Of a DNA stretch of 64,000 nucleotides, positions 37,242 to 46,082 are shown in pieces. The notes below the pieces were generated by a model. That model did not search any database and was not told where the DNA came from. It saw only the letters and a program-made list of their open reading frames with translations. This stretch comes from Candidatus Polarisedimenticolaceae bacterium (GTDB lineage Bacteria; Acidobacteriota; Polarisedimenticolia; Polarisedimenticolales; DASRJG01): the NCBI GenBank assembly GCA_036275915.1, contig DASUCV010000018.1:291054-355053 (forward strand), given 5' to 3'. The position numbers and the translations under genes were made by a program. Every line of letters begins with the position of its first letter. Positions within the stretch are counted from its first letter, which is position 1.

Positions 37242-38130
37242 GTTCAAGGGGCTGCCACAAGATCGACGGATGCGTCATGACTCGCACTTCGTCGAGGAGA
37301 TCACGTCCGCTCGGTCCGAGTCGATCGGCCGCCTGATCGACATCGATCGGATCGAGCCGAACCCTCATCAGCCGCGGAAGCAGTTCGGCGACCTCTCCGA
37401 GATGGTGTCGTCGATCAAGGAGAAGGGCGTCCTCGAGCCGATCCTGGTCCGGGCGATCGACGGCGGTCGTTTCGAGATCATCGCCGGCGAGCGCCGGTAC
37501 CAAGCGTCGAAGCTGGCCGGACTCCGGCATGTGCCTGCTATCGAAGTCGATGTCGACAACCGCGGCATGCTCGAGATCTCGCTGATCGAGAACCTCCAGC
37601 GGAAGGACCTGACGCCGTTCGAAGAGGCCGCCGCCATCCAGCGCCTCTGCGATCAGTTCCGTTACACGCACGAGGAGATCGCACGCAAGCTCGGGAAGTC
37701 GCGGACGGTGATCACCGAGGCCCTCAGCCTCAACCGGATGCCCGAGGCAGTCCAGGAGCGATGTCGGCAGGCCGACATTGAGAGCAAGTCCATGCTCCTC
37801 CAGATCGTCCGCCAAGAGACCGAGGAGGCCATGCACCGGCTCGTCGACCGGATCACCGGCGACGGGATGACCCGGGAGGAGGCCCGCCGGTTCAACCGAC
37901 CGGAAGACGGAGAGGGTCGGCGGACGAAGCGGTTCATCTATCGGTATGCGCCGGACGATGAGACGTTCCAGTTCAGTTTGAGCTTCGCGAAGCCTGAGGT
38001 CGATAAGCGGGAGCTGGTGGTCGCGCTCCAGTCGGTTCTCGAGAAGCTCATCAAGGAGCTCCACGAGAGCCCGAACACGCCGGCCGGCAGCCGGCAGGGT
38101 GCTCGGCGGACACCGGAAGCCGACGCCTGA
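37234..38130 (+). CDS. parB: Chromosome partitioning protein ParB/Spo0J
   Basis: 298 aa from GTG 37234, with an 8-nt overlap with parA. ParB boxes are present: IEPNPHQPRKQF, LEPILVR, EIIAGERRYQASKLAG. The HTH reads HEEIARKLGKSRTVITEALSL. Confidence 0.9.
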   Translation: MSKFKGLPQDRRMRHDSHFVEEITSARSESIGRLIDIDRIEPNPHQPRKQFGDLSEMVSSIKEKGVLEPILVRAIDGGRFEIIAGERRYQASKLAGLRHVPAIEVDVDNRGMLEISLIENLQRKDLTPFEEAAAIQRLCDQFRYTHEEIARKLGKSRTVITEALSLNRMPEAVQERCRQADIESKSMLLQIVRQETEEAMHRLVDRITGDGMTREEARRFNRPEDGEGRRTKRFIYRYAPDDETFQFSLSFAKPEVDKRELVVALQSVLEKLIKELHESPNTPAGSRQGARRTPEADA

Positions 38131-38254
38131 TATCACTCGTCCTCGGTCTTTGGGCCTCTTCTCTCCTAGTTAGTTGACATAATATGCATTATCGGACATT
38201 GGCCCAAAGGCGATAAGGCCTCCTTCCGACCTCTCCTGCTAGACTCGGCGGCTG

Positions 38255-40657
38255 ATGCTCCGCAAGCGTCGAATCACCCTCTACCTGCTCTCGGAGCTGG
38301 GTCTTGCGACCCTGGTCGGGATCTCCGTCTGGACTGTCATCCTGATGATGAACGACCTGTTCTTCATCGCGCGCCAGGCGATCCAGAAAGACCTCGGCCT
38401 CGACCTCGTCCTTCAGATCCTCGCGCTCAGGATCCCGAACCTCCTGATCCTGGCGATCCCGATCGGGACCCTCCTCGGATCGCTCATCGCGATCGGGCGC
38501 CTCTCGGCGGACGGCGAGATCGTGGCGCTCCAGGCGATCGGCCTCGGACCGCGCCAGCTGCTGGGGCCGATGGCGATCCACGGGACGCTCGCGTTCGTGG
38601 CGGCCATCTCGATCTACGCCTTCATCCAGCCATGGGCCAGCTACGAAGGCCGCCTGATGCAGGGCAAGATCCTGAACGCCCGGAACGTCAGCACCGAGCT
38701 ACGTCCACGCGTCTTCTTCGACAAGGTGCCGGGCTACGTCATGTTCGTCGACGAGATCCCACCAGGCACCCAGGGGGTCCTCCAGCGCGTCCTCTTTTAC
38801 GAGGCAGCTGATCCGAAGGGGTCGCTGGCCGAGAAGCTCATCCTCTCCAAGGACGCCGCGATCGGGCCCTCGGCCGCCCGGGAGGGCGAGATTCGCCTGG
38901 TCTTCAAGGACGGCGTTCAGCACACGGTGAAGATCGACGACCCGGACTCCTACCAGGTCTCGCAGTTCCAGGTGCTGTCTCCGCTGCCCCTCGAGCTTCC
39001 GGCATGGATGCGCCCGACCGACGAAGTCCCCGGAAAGACGGTCGCGGACATGACCCCCACCGAGCTCCTCCAGGAAACGCGCGACGCACGCAACGAGCCC
39101 GACAAGACCCTTCGCACGTATCGGATGCGATGGGCGGCGACCGAGATCCACCGGCGCTTCGCGCTGCCTCTCGCCAGCCTTCTCTTCGCATTGCTCTCCC
39201 TACCGCTCGGTGTGTCGCGGGTTCGGAGCGGCAAGGGCGCGGGATTCGCGCTCAGCCTCGGGATCGTCCTCATCTACTACCTGCTCTTCACGGTCGGCCT
39301 CGAGCAATCGAAGGACGGCCGACTTCCGGCTTGGATCGGCATGTGGGCGGGTAACTTCGTGATCGCCGTCTGGGTCGTCATCGCCTTCGCGAGGATGAGC
39401 CGCCCGTCGCGGCCACCGTTCTGGGCTGGAGTCGTCGAGCGCCTCAAGCGTCTCGTGCCTCACCGCAAGGCGCGGCCCGATCCGGCTCCCCCGTCGCCGT
39501 CGCTCCTCGAGGCCGCGGCCGCCGATTTTGGGCCGATTCCGCGGCGCCGACTCTCGGGCCTTCTCGACCGTTACGTCGGGTCGCTCTATCTCCGCACCCT
39601 CGGGCTCGCGCTCGCGGCGACGTACCTCATCTTCACGCTCCTCGAGCTGAAGTCGCTGATCGACGCGACGCTCGAGCGCAAGCAGCCGGCGATACTCATC
39701 CTTGTCTACCTCAAGTACTTCATCCCAGGGGTCCTCATCTTCGCGCTCCCCTTCGCCGCGATGATCGCCGCGGTCGTTTCCGTCACCGTTCTCGGACGCA
39801 CGGGCGAGATCACCGCGATGAAGGCGGCGGGCATCAGCGCGCGGCGGATCTGCCTTCCGATCGTGATCCTCACACTCTTCTGCTGCGTCGGCCTTCACCT
39901 GGTGCAGGATCGGATCGCGCCGGAGACGAACCGCCGGGCCCAGGCGGTCAAGGACCAGATTCAGGGAAGGAACCCGCGTACCTACGGTTGGACGCCGGGA
40001 GGCCGCTGGATGTTCGGGAGCGGCGGCCGCCTCTACCATTACCGGCTCTTCGACCCGGCGAATCTTCGATTCCAAGGACTGTCGGTCTACCGGCTCGATC
40101 TGGCGCGAGCACGTGTGTTCGAGCAGTGGTTCTGCGCATCGGCGCAGTGGAACGGTGCGAGCTGGGACGTCACCAAGGGCTGGTACCGCTCGTTCCCCGA
40201 GCCAGCGGTCGTCGGAGAGTACAGGCGCTTCGAGGAAGACAAGATCACGAGCTTCGACGGTCCCGAGACGTTCGCGCGGAAGGAGCAAACGCTCGTCGCG
40301 AGCGACCTCCCGGAGCAGACCTCGATCGCGGATCTACGCCAGGAGATCGAGATGCTCGCCAAGGGCGGCTACGACACGACGCGCCTCAAGGTCGATCTTT
40401 GGCAGAAGACGTCGTCCGTCGTCACTCCGCTCGTGACCGTCATCCTCGGGCTGCCCTTCGCGTTCAAGGTCGGGCGCCGGGGCTCGATGTACGGCGTCGG
40501 GGTCGGGCTCATCCTGGCGATCGTCTTCTGGGCGGTCGCCGCGATCTCGAACGCGCTTGGCCTCGAGACAATCCTCGCTCCGTTCCTGTCTGCGTGGGCG
40601 CCCGACGTGCTGTTCGCGGTGATCGGAATTTATTTATTACTGTTTATTCCGACTTAA
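38255..40657 (+). CDS. Fused LptF/LptG-type (YjgP/YjgQ family) LPS export permease, two permease modules in one 800-aa ORF
   Basis: The first module starts at RITLYLLSELGLATLVGISVWTVILMMNDL. The second starts near nt ~39540 at LLDRYVGSLYLRTLGLALAATYLIFTLLELKSLID. Each module has a periplasmic beta-rich insert and C-terminal TM helices. One uninterrupted frame. Confidence 0.8.
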   Translation: MLRKRRITLYLLSELGLATLVGISVWTVILMMNDLFFIARQAIQKDLGLDLVLQILALRIPNLLILAIPIGTLLGSLIAIGRLSADGEIVALQAIGLGPRQLLGPMAIHGTLAFVAAISIYAFIQPWASYEGRLMQGKILNARNVSTELRPRVFFDKVPGYVMFVDEIPPGTQGVLQRVLFYEAADPKGSLAEKLILSKDAAIGPSAAREGEIRLVFKDGVQHTVKIDDPDSYQVSQFQVLSPLPLELPAWMRPTDEVPGKTVADMTPTELLQETRDARNEPDKTLRTYRMRWAATEIHRRFALPLASLLFALLSLPLGVSRVRSGKGAGFALSLGIVLIYYLLFTVGLEQSKDGRLPAWIGMWAGNFVIAVWVVIAFARMSRPSRPPFWAGVVERLKRLVPHRKARPDPAPPSPSLLEAAAADFGPIPRRRLSGLLDRYVGSLYLRTLGLALAATYLIFTLLELKSLIDATLERKQPAILILVYLKYFIPGVLIFALPFAAMIAAVVSVTVLGRTGEITAMKAAGISARRICLPIVILTLFCCVGLHLVQDRIAPETNRRAQAVKDQIQGRNPRTYGWTPGGRWMFGSGGRLYHYRLFDPANLRFQGLSVYRLDLARARVFEQWFCASAQWNGASWDVTKGWYRSFPEPAVVGEYRRFEEDKITSFDGPETFARKEQTLVASDLPEQTSIADLRQEIEMLAKGGYDTTRLKVDLWQKTSSVVTPLVTVILGLPFAFKVGRRGSMYGVGVGLILAIVFWAVAAISNALGLETILAPFLSAWAPDVLFAVIGIYLLLFIPT

Positions 40658-40663
40658 TAATTA

Positions 40664-43615
40664 TCACTGTTTTTTAATTTCTTCGATCGCATGGATGATC
40701 GCCGGCTGCTTGGCGTCCACCGTCAGCGAGCGCTGCCAGGCGTCGAGGGCGGCGTCACGGTCGCCGAGCCGCGCGTGCGCCTCCCCTAGCGCGTTCAGGA
40801 TCTCGGTCGAGTCGCCGAGCGTGCGCTCGGCCTGCTCGAGCGCTTGGAGCGCGAGCCCGGGATGGCCTTCCTGAAGCTCCAGGAGCCCTCGCTGGAGCCG
40901 CGCCGGGCCCGCCGATTTCGGATCGGCGGTGGCGGCCTCGAGCTCGGTCCTGGCCTTCGCGACGTCGCCCCGCTTCCGCGCGAGCAGCGCCCGGTTGATG
41001 TGCGCATCGCCGTATCCAGGGTCGATCGCGAGGGCCCGGCTGAGGAGCGCATCGGCGTCGGCGTCCCGGTTCTCTGCGAGCGCCAAGCCCGCGAGATTGT
41101 TCAAGGGCGACGCGTACCCCGGATCCGCGGCGGCAGCGCGCTCCCACGTGGTCGCCGCGGCCCGTGCGTCGCCGGTCGCGTAATAGAGCGACGCAAGATT
41201 GTTCAGGACGACCGCGCTCGACGGCGACTTCGCGAGAGCGCGGTCGTAGAGGTCGATCGCGCGAGACGTCTGGCCCCGGTCCTGGTAGAGGAGCGCCAGA
41301 TTGTTGTACGCGCCCATGAAGTACGGGTCCGCATCGATCGCCGCCAGGTACCACCGCTCGGCCTCGTCACCATGGCGTGCCAGCTTCGCGAGGTTCCCCA
41401 GATTGTTGCGGGGCTCCGCCGCGTTGGCATCGGAGCGTGCGGCCGATTCATAGGCGGCTCGCGCCTCGTCGAGGCGTCCTTCCCGCTCGAGAACGATTCC
41501 GAGCGAGTTCCTGACCTCCGATGCGCCTGGCTCGCGTGCGAGAACGGCGCGCAGCCGGCGCTCGGCGCTTGCAAGCTCGCCGCTCTCGAGCTCGAGCTGC
41601 GCGAGCTGGTGGCCGGCGGCACGCTCCCCTTCGGCGGTCGCCGCTGCGCGCTCGAGCCAAGTCCGCGCCTCGTCCGCATGGCCCGAGAACCGCAGCGCGA
41701 TCCCCAGGTTGACCCAGAGCGTCGGCTGGTTCGGCTCGTCGGCGATCGCCTTGCGGAAGGCTTCGGCCGCCTCGGCGTACCGCCCGTCGCCGAGGAAGGC
41801 GACGCCGCGATTGTTCTCCGTCGTCATCGGCGCCGGCGTCGTGCCGGCCAGGTACCCGAGGCTCTGCAGCTTCTCCCGGAGCTCGCGGGCTTCGTCCCCG
41901 CCACCTCCGGGCGCCGAGGGGGCGAGTGGGGGGGGATCGTCCCGCAGCTCGGTCGGATGGGCGGCGAGCCACGACGGCTCCATCGCCGCCGCGAGCACGC
42001 GCCCGGGCCAGGAGATCGGAACCGGCTGCCCGAAGAGTGCGAGGACCGTCGGGGCCAGATCGTAGACCGAGACTTCGTCGATCTTGGCGCCGCGGCGGAC
42101 GCTCGGTCCTCGGACTACGAGGATCCCGAAACGCCGGTGCCAGTCGGCCGCCGCACCGTGACCGATCCGCGAGTCGGTCGTTCGTGGCCGGGTGTCGTCG
42201 GATGCGAAACCGTGATCGCTGCAGACGATGACCGTCCAGTCGTCGCGGCCCTCGAGGAGGCGCCCGAGCTGTCGGTCGGCGGTCTCGTAGTAGCGGTCGA
42301 CGACGGCGTGGAACGACGCGAAGCGGCGCGGGTCGACTCCCGTGAGACGCGGGTCGCGATACGGCATGAACAGATGGCCGACCGTATCGGTGCCCTCGAA
42401 GTAAACCGCCTCGAACCGTGCCGCTGGTGTCCGCGAGCGCAGGGCGAGAGCGACGTCGAGGTAGGTGCGACCCGAAGCGAGCACGGTCCGGAAGTCGTCG
42501 AGCCGCGCGCGCTCGTCGGCGTCGAACTGCTCCGGCGCCGTCCGCAGACCGTCGAGATAAACCCGAACGTCGCTCCATGGAACGTCCGACGGCGTCACGA
42601 TCCGCTTGCGCACCTCGTCGTAGAGCTCCGGCGGCCAGGTCTTTCCTTCCGCGCTGCGGGCGTTCGCATCGAAGCCGAAGAGCTGGTAGGCGACTCGGTC
42701 GGTGACCATCGCGCCGCGGACGGACGCCGCCGGCCACGTCGCCCACCACCCGGTAACCGCGACCGGCACCCCCGCCTCGGAGAGGAGGTCCCAGACCGCC
42801 GGAACCTTTCGGGCGGCGGAGGTGACGGGCTCGCTCGTCCCGGCGGCCGTCGGCGCGAGAAAGTCCATGACGCCGTGGATGCGCGGCTCGACACCGGTCG
42901 CGATCGTCGTCCATACCACCGGCGACAGCATCGGACTGATCGAGAGCAGCTTCGCGCGGACGCCCTGCTCGATGAGGTGTGCGAGGTGAGGCATACGGCC
43001 GGCCGCGATGAGCGGATCGACGATCTCCCAATCGGCGCCGTCGAGCCCGACCACGAGGACGCGGGCGTCCTCGGGGACCGGCGCGACAGGATTCCTCGCT
43101 CGCGCGTAGTCCATGCCCGACCACCGCAGTTCCTCGAGCGCCACGCCGCGCTCGTCCAGAGCGTCACGAAGCGATCGTTCGAAGAGCCCCTCGACCGCCG
43201 GCGTCGCCGTGCGCCGGCCGGCCGCCTCGTCGAGAACCGGTGCGCCCGCGCGCACCGCCGCGGCGAGGATGTCGTCCAACCGTCCCGGTCCCGCCGCGAG
43301 CGCCTGAGCGCGCTCCGGAAGCGCGCGGAGCGTCGCCGTCCCGGTGAGGCCGAATCGCTCACCGGAGGCAGCCGTGAGGCCGAGCTCCGGCCCGGGCAGA
43401 GGCAGGGTCACGGCACTTCGCGGCCAGCGCGTGAAGCGTGCGGTGCCGGGTGCGGCCCAGGTGAGATGCGACGCGGCGGCGCGCGCCGTCCCGCCTCCTC
43501 CGATGGTCCATACGCCGAACTCGGACCTGGGATCGAGGACGCGGACGCCGCACGCCGCCCACAGCGACGCCGCGAGAGCGAGGACGGCGAGGATCCGGGT
43601 CGCCCTTCGGATCAC
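40664..43615 (-). CDS. Lipoprotein: alkaline-phosphatase superfamily (type I phosphodiesterase/nucleotide pyrophosphatase-like) domain + C-terminal TPR repeats
   Basis: 983 aa from GTG 43615. The track ORF to 44233 runs through ahcY out of frame. Lipobox LAASLWAAC is present. The AlkP-like core reads VLVVGLDGADWEIVDP, SISPMLSPVVWTTIATG, YFEGTDTVGHLF, VIVCSDHGF. About 10 TPR-like repeats fill the last ~350 aa. Confidence 0.75.
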   Translation of the reverse strand: MIRRATRILAVLALAASLWAACGVRVLDPRSEFGVWTIGGGGTARAAASHLTWAAPGTARFTRWPRSAVTLPLPGPELGLTAASGERFGLTGTATLRALPERAQALAAGPGRLDDILAAAVRAGAPVLDEAAGRRTATPAVEGLFERSLRDALDERGVALEELRWSGMDYARARNPVAPVPEDARVLVVGLDGADWEIVDPLIAAGRMPHLAHLIEQGVRAKLLSISPMLSPVVWTTIATGVEPRIHGVMDFLAPTAAGTSEPVTSAARKVPAVWDLLSEAGVPVAVTGWWATWPAASVRGAMVTDRVAYQLFGFDANARSAEGKTWPPELYDEVRKRIVTPSDVPWSDVRVYLDGLRTAPEQFDADERARLDDFRTVLASGRTYLDVALALRSRTPAARFEAVYFEGTDTVGHLFMPYRDPRLTGVDPRRFASFHAVVDRYYETADRQLGRLLEGRDDWTVIVCSDHGFASDDTRPRTTDSRIGHGAAADWHRRFGILVVRGPSVRRGAKIDEVSVYDLAPTVLALFGQPVPISWPGRVLAAAMEPSWLAAHPTELRDDPPPLAPSAPGGGGDEARELREKLQSLGYLAGTTPAPMTTENNRGVAFLGDGRYAEAAEAFRKAIADEPNQPTLWVNLGIALRFSGHADEARTWLERAAATAEGERAAGHQLAQLELESGELASAERRLRAVLAREPGASEVRNSLGIVLEREGRLDEARAAYESAARSDANAAEPRNNLGNLAKLARHGDEAERWYLAAIDADPYFMGAYNNLALLYQDRGQTSRAIDLYDRALAKSPSSAVVLNNLASLYYATGDARAAATTWERAAAADPGYASPLNNLAGLALAENRDADADALLSRALAIDPGYGDAHINRALLARKRGDVAKARTELEAATADPKSAGPARLQRGLLELQEGHPGLALQALEQAERTLGDSTEILNALGEAHARLGDRDAALDAWQRSLTVDAKQPAIIHAIEEIKKQ

Positions 43616-43623
43616 GGCGCCGG

Positions 43624-44874
43624 CTACGCGCCCTCGCTCCACGACGCGAGATAGCGCTTCTGTTCCGGGCTCAACGTGTCGATGCGGACCCCGAGGCTCT
43701 TGAGCTTTAGCGCGGCGACGTGGCGGTCGATCTCGCGCGGCACCGAGAGCACCGAAGGCTCGATCTTGCCCCGCTGCGCGACGAGATACTCGATCGACAG
43801 CGCCTGGTTCGCGAAGCTCATGTCCATGATCGTCGCGGGGTGGCCCTCCCCCGCCGCCATGTTGACGAGACGGCCCCCCGCGAGAAGGTGCAGCCGCCGC
43901 CCGTCGGCGAGCTCGAACTCCTCGACCATGTCCCGCACGACGCGCCGCTTCACGGCGAGCGCCGCGAGCGCCTCGACGTCGATCTCGACGTTGTAATGCC
44001 CCGCGTTGGCGATGAGCGCGCCCTCGGGCATCCGCTTGAAGTGCTCCTCGCCGACGACGCTCTTGCTCCCGGTCGCAGTGACGAAGACCTGCCCGTGCTT
44101 TGCGGCCTCCTTCATCGGCTCGACGCGGAACCCGTCCATGCACGCCTCGAGCGCGGCGACCGGGTCGATCTCGCAGACGGTGACGTTCGCGCCGAGCCCG
44201 CGTGCGCGGAGCGCGATCCCCTTCCCCACCCAACCGTAGCCCGCGACGACGACCGGCATTCCGGCGAGGAGCACGTTCGTCGCCCGGACGATCCCGTCCA
44301 TCGTCGATTGCCCGGTACCGTGACGGTTGTCGAAGAGCTGCTTCGTCACGGCGTCGTTGACCGCAACGATCGGATAGCGGAGGCGTCCCCGCGCGGCCAT
44401 CGAGCGCAGCTTGATCACCCCGGTCGTCGTCTCTTCGGTGCCTCCGGCGACGGCGGGGAGGAGATCGGTCCGGCGGTCGTGGAGGAGCGAGACGAGATCG
44501 GCGCCGTCGTCCAGGGTCAGCGTGGGCCGCGTTTCGAGCACCTCGGCGAGATGGGCCGAGCGCGTCGCCGCATCCTCGCCCTTCGCGGCGTGAGTCGGGA
44601 TCTCGTGACGCTCGTCGAGGGCGGCGGCCACGTCGTCCTGCGTCGAGAGCGGGTTCGAAGCGCAGAGGGCGACGGTGGCGCCGGCCGCACGGAGGGCCAA
44701 CAGGAGATTCGCGGTCTCCGGCGTCACGTGAAGGCAGGCGGCAACGCGATGGCCCGCGAGGGGCCGGTCGGCGGCGAACCGGTCACGCACCGTCCGCAGC
44801 ACCGGCATGCTCCGCTCGGCCCACGCGATCCGCCGCATGCCCTCGTCGGCCTGAGGCGGACGCCGGCTCGTCAC
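43624..44874 (-). CDS. ahcY: Adenosylhomocysteinase
   Basis: 416 aa from GTG 44874, with a GTGA overlap with the metK stop. Motifs: [34 protein letters not shown]-binding [21 protein letters not shown]. Confidence 0.92.
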   Translation of the reverse strand: MTSRRPPQADEGMRRIAWAERSMPVLRTVRDRFAADRPLAGHRVAACLHVTPETANLLLALRAAGATVALCASNPLSTQDDVAAALDERHEIPTHAAKGEDAATRSAHLAEVLETRPTLTLDDGADLVSLLHDRRTDLLPAVAGGTEETTTGVIKLRSMAARGRLRYPIVAVNDAVTKQLFDNRHGTGQSTMDGIVRATNVLLAGMPVVVAGYGWVGKGIALRARGLGANVTVCEIDPVAALEACMDGFRVEPMKEAAKHGQVFVTATGSKSVVGEEHFKRMPEGALIANAGHYNVEIDVEALAALAVKRRVVRDMVEEFELADGRRLHLLAGGRLVNMAAGEGHPATIMDMSFANQALSIEYLVAQRGKIEPSVLSVPREIDRHVAALKLKSLGVRIDTLSPEQKRYLASWSEGA

Positions 44875-46022
44875 GCGCGCGCCACGCTCCGGAGCTTCTG
44901 GGCCGGAGCGGTCTCCTCCCACGTGAAGCCTGGCTCGCGCCGGCCGAAGTGGCCGTACGCCGCGGTCTGCCGGTAGATCGGCCGGCGCAGGTCGAGGTAT
45001 TCGATGATCCCGCCGGGTGTCAGGGGGAAGCTGTCACGCACCAGAGCGACGAGACGATCTTCCGGCATCTGCCCCGTGCCGAAGGTGTTCACGAGCACGG
45101 AGACCGGGTCCGCGACGCCGATCGCGTAGGCGAGCTGGACTTCCGCGCGGTCGGCGAGCTCCGCGGCCACGATGTTCTTCGCGATGTGGCGCGCCATGTA
45201 GCACGCCGAGCGGTCGACCTTCGTCGGGTCTTTCCCCGAGAAGGCGCCGCCGCCGTGGTGTCCCATGCCGCCGTAGGTGTCGACGATGATCTTCCGCCCG
45301 GTGAGCCCCGTGTCCCCCTGCGGCCCGCCGGTGACGAAGCGGCCGGTCGGGTTGACCCAGATCTTGGTCTTGCCGTCGAGCAGGTGCGCGGGAATCGTCG
45401 GCTTGATGACCGCCTCGCGCACCGCTTCGTCGAGCGCCGCGTTCGTGACCTCGGGGTGGTGCTGCGTCGAGACGACGATCGCGTCGACGCGGGCCGGCTT
45501 CCCGTCCCGGTATTCGATCGTGACCTGCGATTTCCCGTCGGGGCGGAAGTGCGGGACGACGTTCTCCTTGCGGCACGTCGCGAGGCGCCGCGTCAGCCCG
45601 TGAGCGAGCATGATCGGCATCGGCATCAGCTCGTCGGTCTCGCGGCACGCGTAGCCGAACATCATCCCCTGGTCGCCCGCGCCGCCGGTGTCGACGCCCA
45701 TCGCGATGTCCCCCGACTGCTCGTCGATCGCGGAGAGCACCGAGCAGCTCGCCGCGTCGAGGCCGTAGGCGGCGTCGGTGTAGCCGATCGACTCGATCGT
45801 GCGGCGCGCGAGCTTCTGCAGGTCGACGTATCCGCGCGTCGTGATCTCCCCCGCGACGATGCAGAGCCCCGTCGTGAGGAGCGTCTCGCACGCCACGCGG
45901 CCCTTGGGATCGATCGCGAGGATCGCGTCGAGCACGGCGTCCGAGACCTGGTCGGCGACCTTGTCCGGATGACCTTCCGTGACCGATTCCGACGTGAAGA
46001 GATGGCGGCTACTCTCGGGCAT
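44871..46022 (-). CDS. metK: S-adenosylmethionine synthase
   Basis: 383 aa from ATG 46022. Motifs: [54 protein letters not shown]. Confidence 0.95.
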   Translation of the reverse strand: MPESSRHLFTSESVTEGHPDKVADQVSDAVLDAILAIDPKGRVACETLLTTGLCIVAGEITTRGYVDLQKLARRTIESIGYTDAAYGLDAASCSVLSAIDEQSGDIAMGVDTGGAGDQGMMFGYACRETDELMPMPIMLAHGLTRRLATCRKENVVPHFRPDGKSQVTIEYRDGKPARVDAIVVSTQHHPEVTNAALDEAVREAVIKPTIPAHLLDGKTKIWVNPTGRFVTGGPQGDTGLTGRKIIVDTYGGMGHHGGGAFSGKDPTKVDRSACYMARHIAKNIVAAELADRAEVQLAYAIGVADPVSVLVNTFGTGQMPEDRLVALVRDSFPLTPGGIIEYLDLRRPIYRQTAAYGHFGRREPGFTWEETAPAQKLRSVARA

Positions 46023-46050
46023 GCAGGCTCCTCCCCGGCACGAAACCGGC

Positions 46051-46079
46051 ATCGTAGCAGGCCCCGGCCGGGCCCCCAA
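46051..46079 (-). promoter_or_regulatory. Candidate promoter for metK (TTGGGG-17-TACGAT on minus strand)
   Basis: On the minus strand TTGGGG = 46079-46074, then a 17-nt spacer, then TACGAT = 46056-46051. This is 28 nt upstream of ATG 46022. The -35 is weak (TTG only). Confidence 0.35.
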
Positions 46080-46082
46080 GCG

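Noticed and set aside
36477-38130. parAB as a marker of a plasmid, ICE or prophage
   Set aside because: It is flanked by miaB and a BFN nuclease-domain gene on one side and lptFG on the other. There are no integrase, relaxase, conjugation or phage genes, and base composition is uniform. It is a chromosomal partition locus.
43616-44233. N-terminal 206 codons of the track ORF 40664-44233; the analogous extensions are 57942-60353 for mtnP, 1472-1804 for the sigma factor, 49617-49676 for dnaE, 51172-51537 for guaA and 59888-59992 for the YyaL-like gene
   Set aside because: The extensions overlap the upstream genes out of frame and look non-protein-like. Internal starts with signal peptides, SD sequences, promoter positions or family-typical N-termini fit better.
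46023-46082. Riboswitches upstream of metK (SAM), the mutase operon (cobalamin, 8989-9063) and ribH (FMN, 56094-56147)
   Set aside because: The leaders available between the predicted promoters and start codons are only ~25-40 nt. That is far too short for any of these aptamers, and no conserved aptamer cores were seen.
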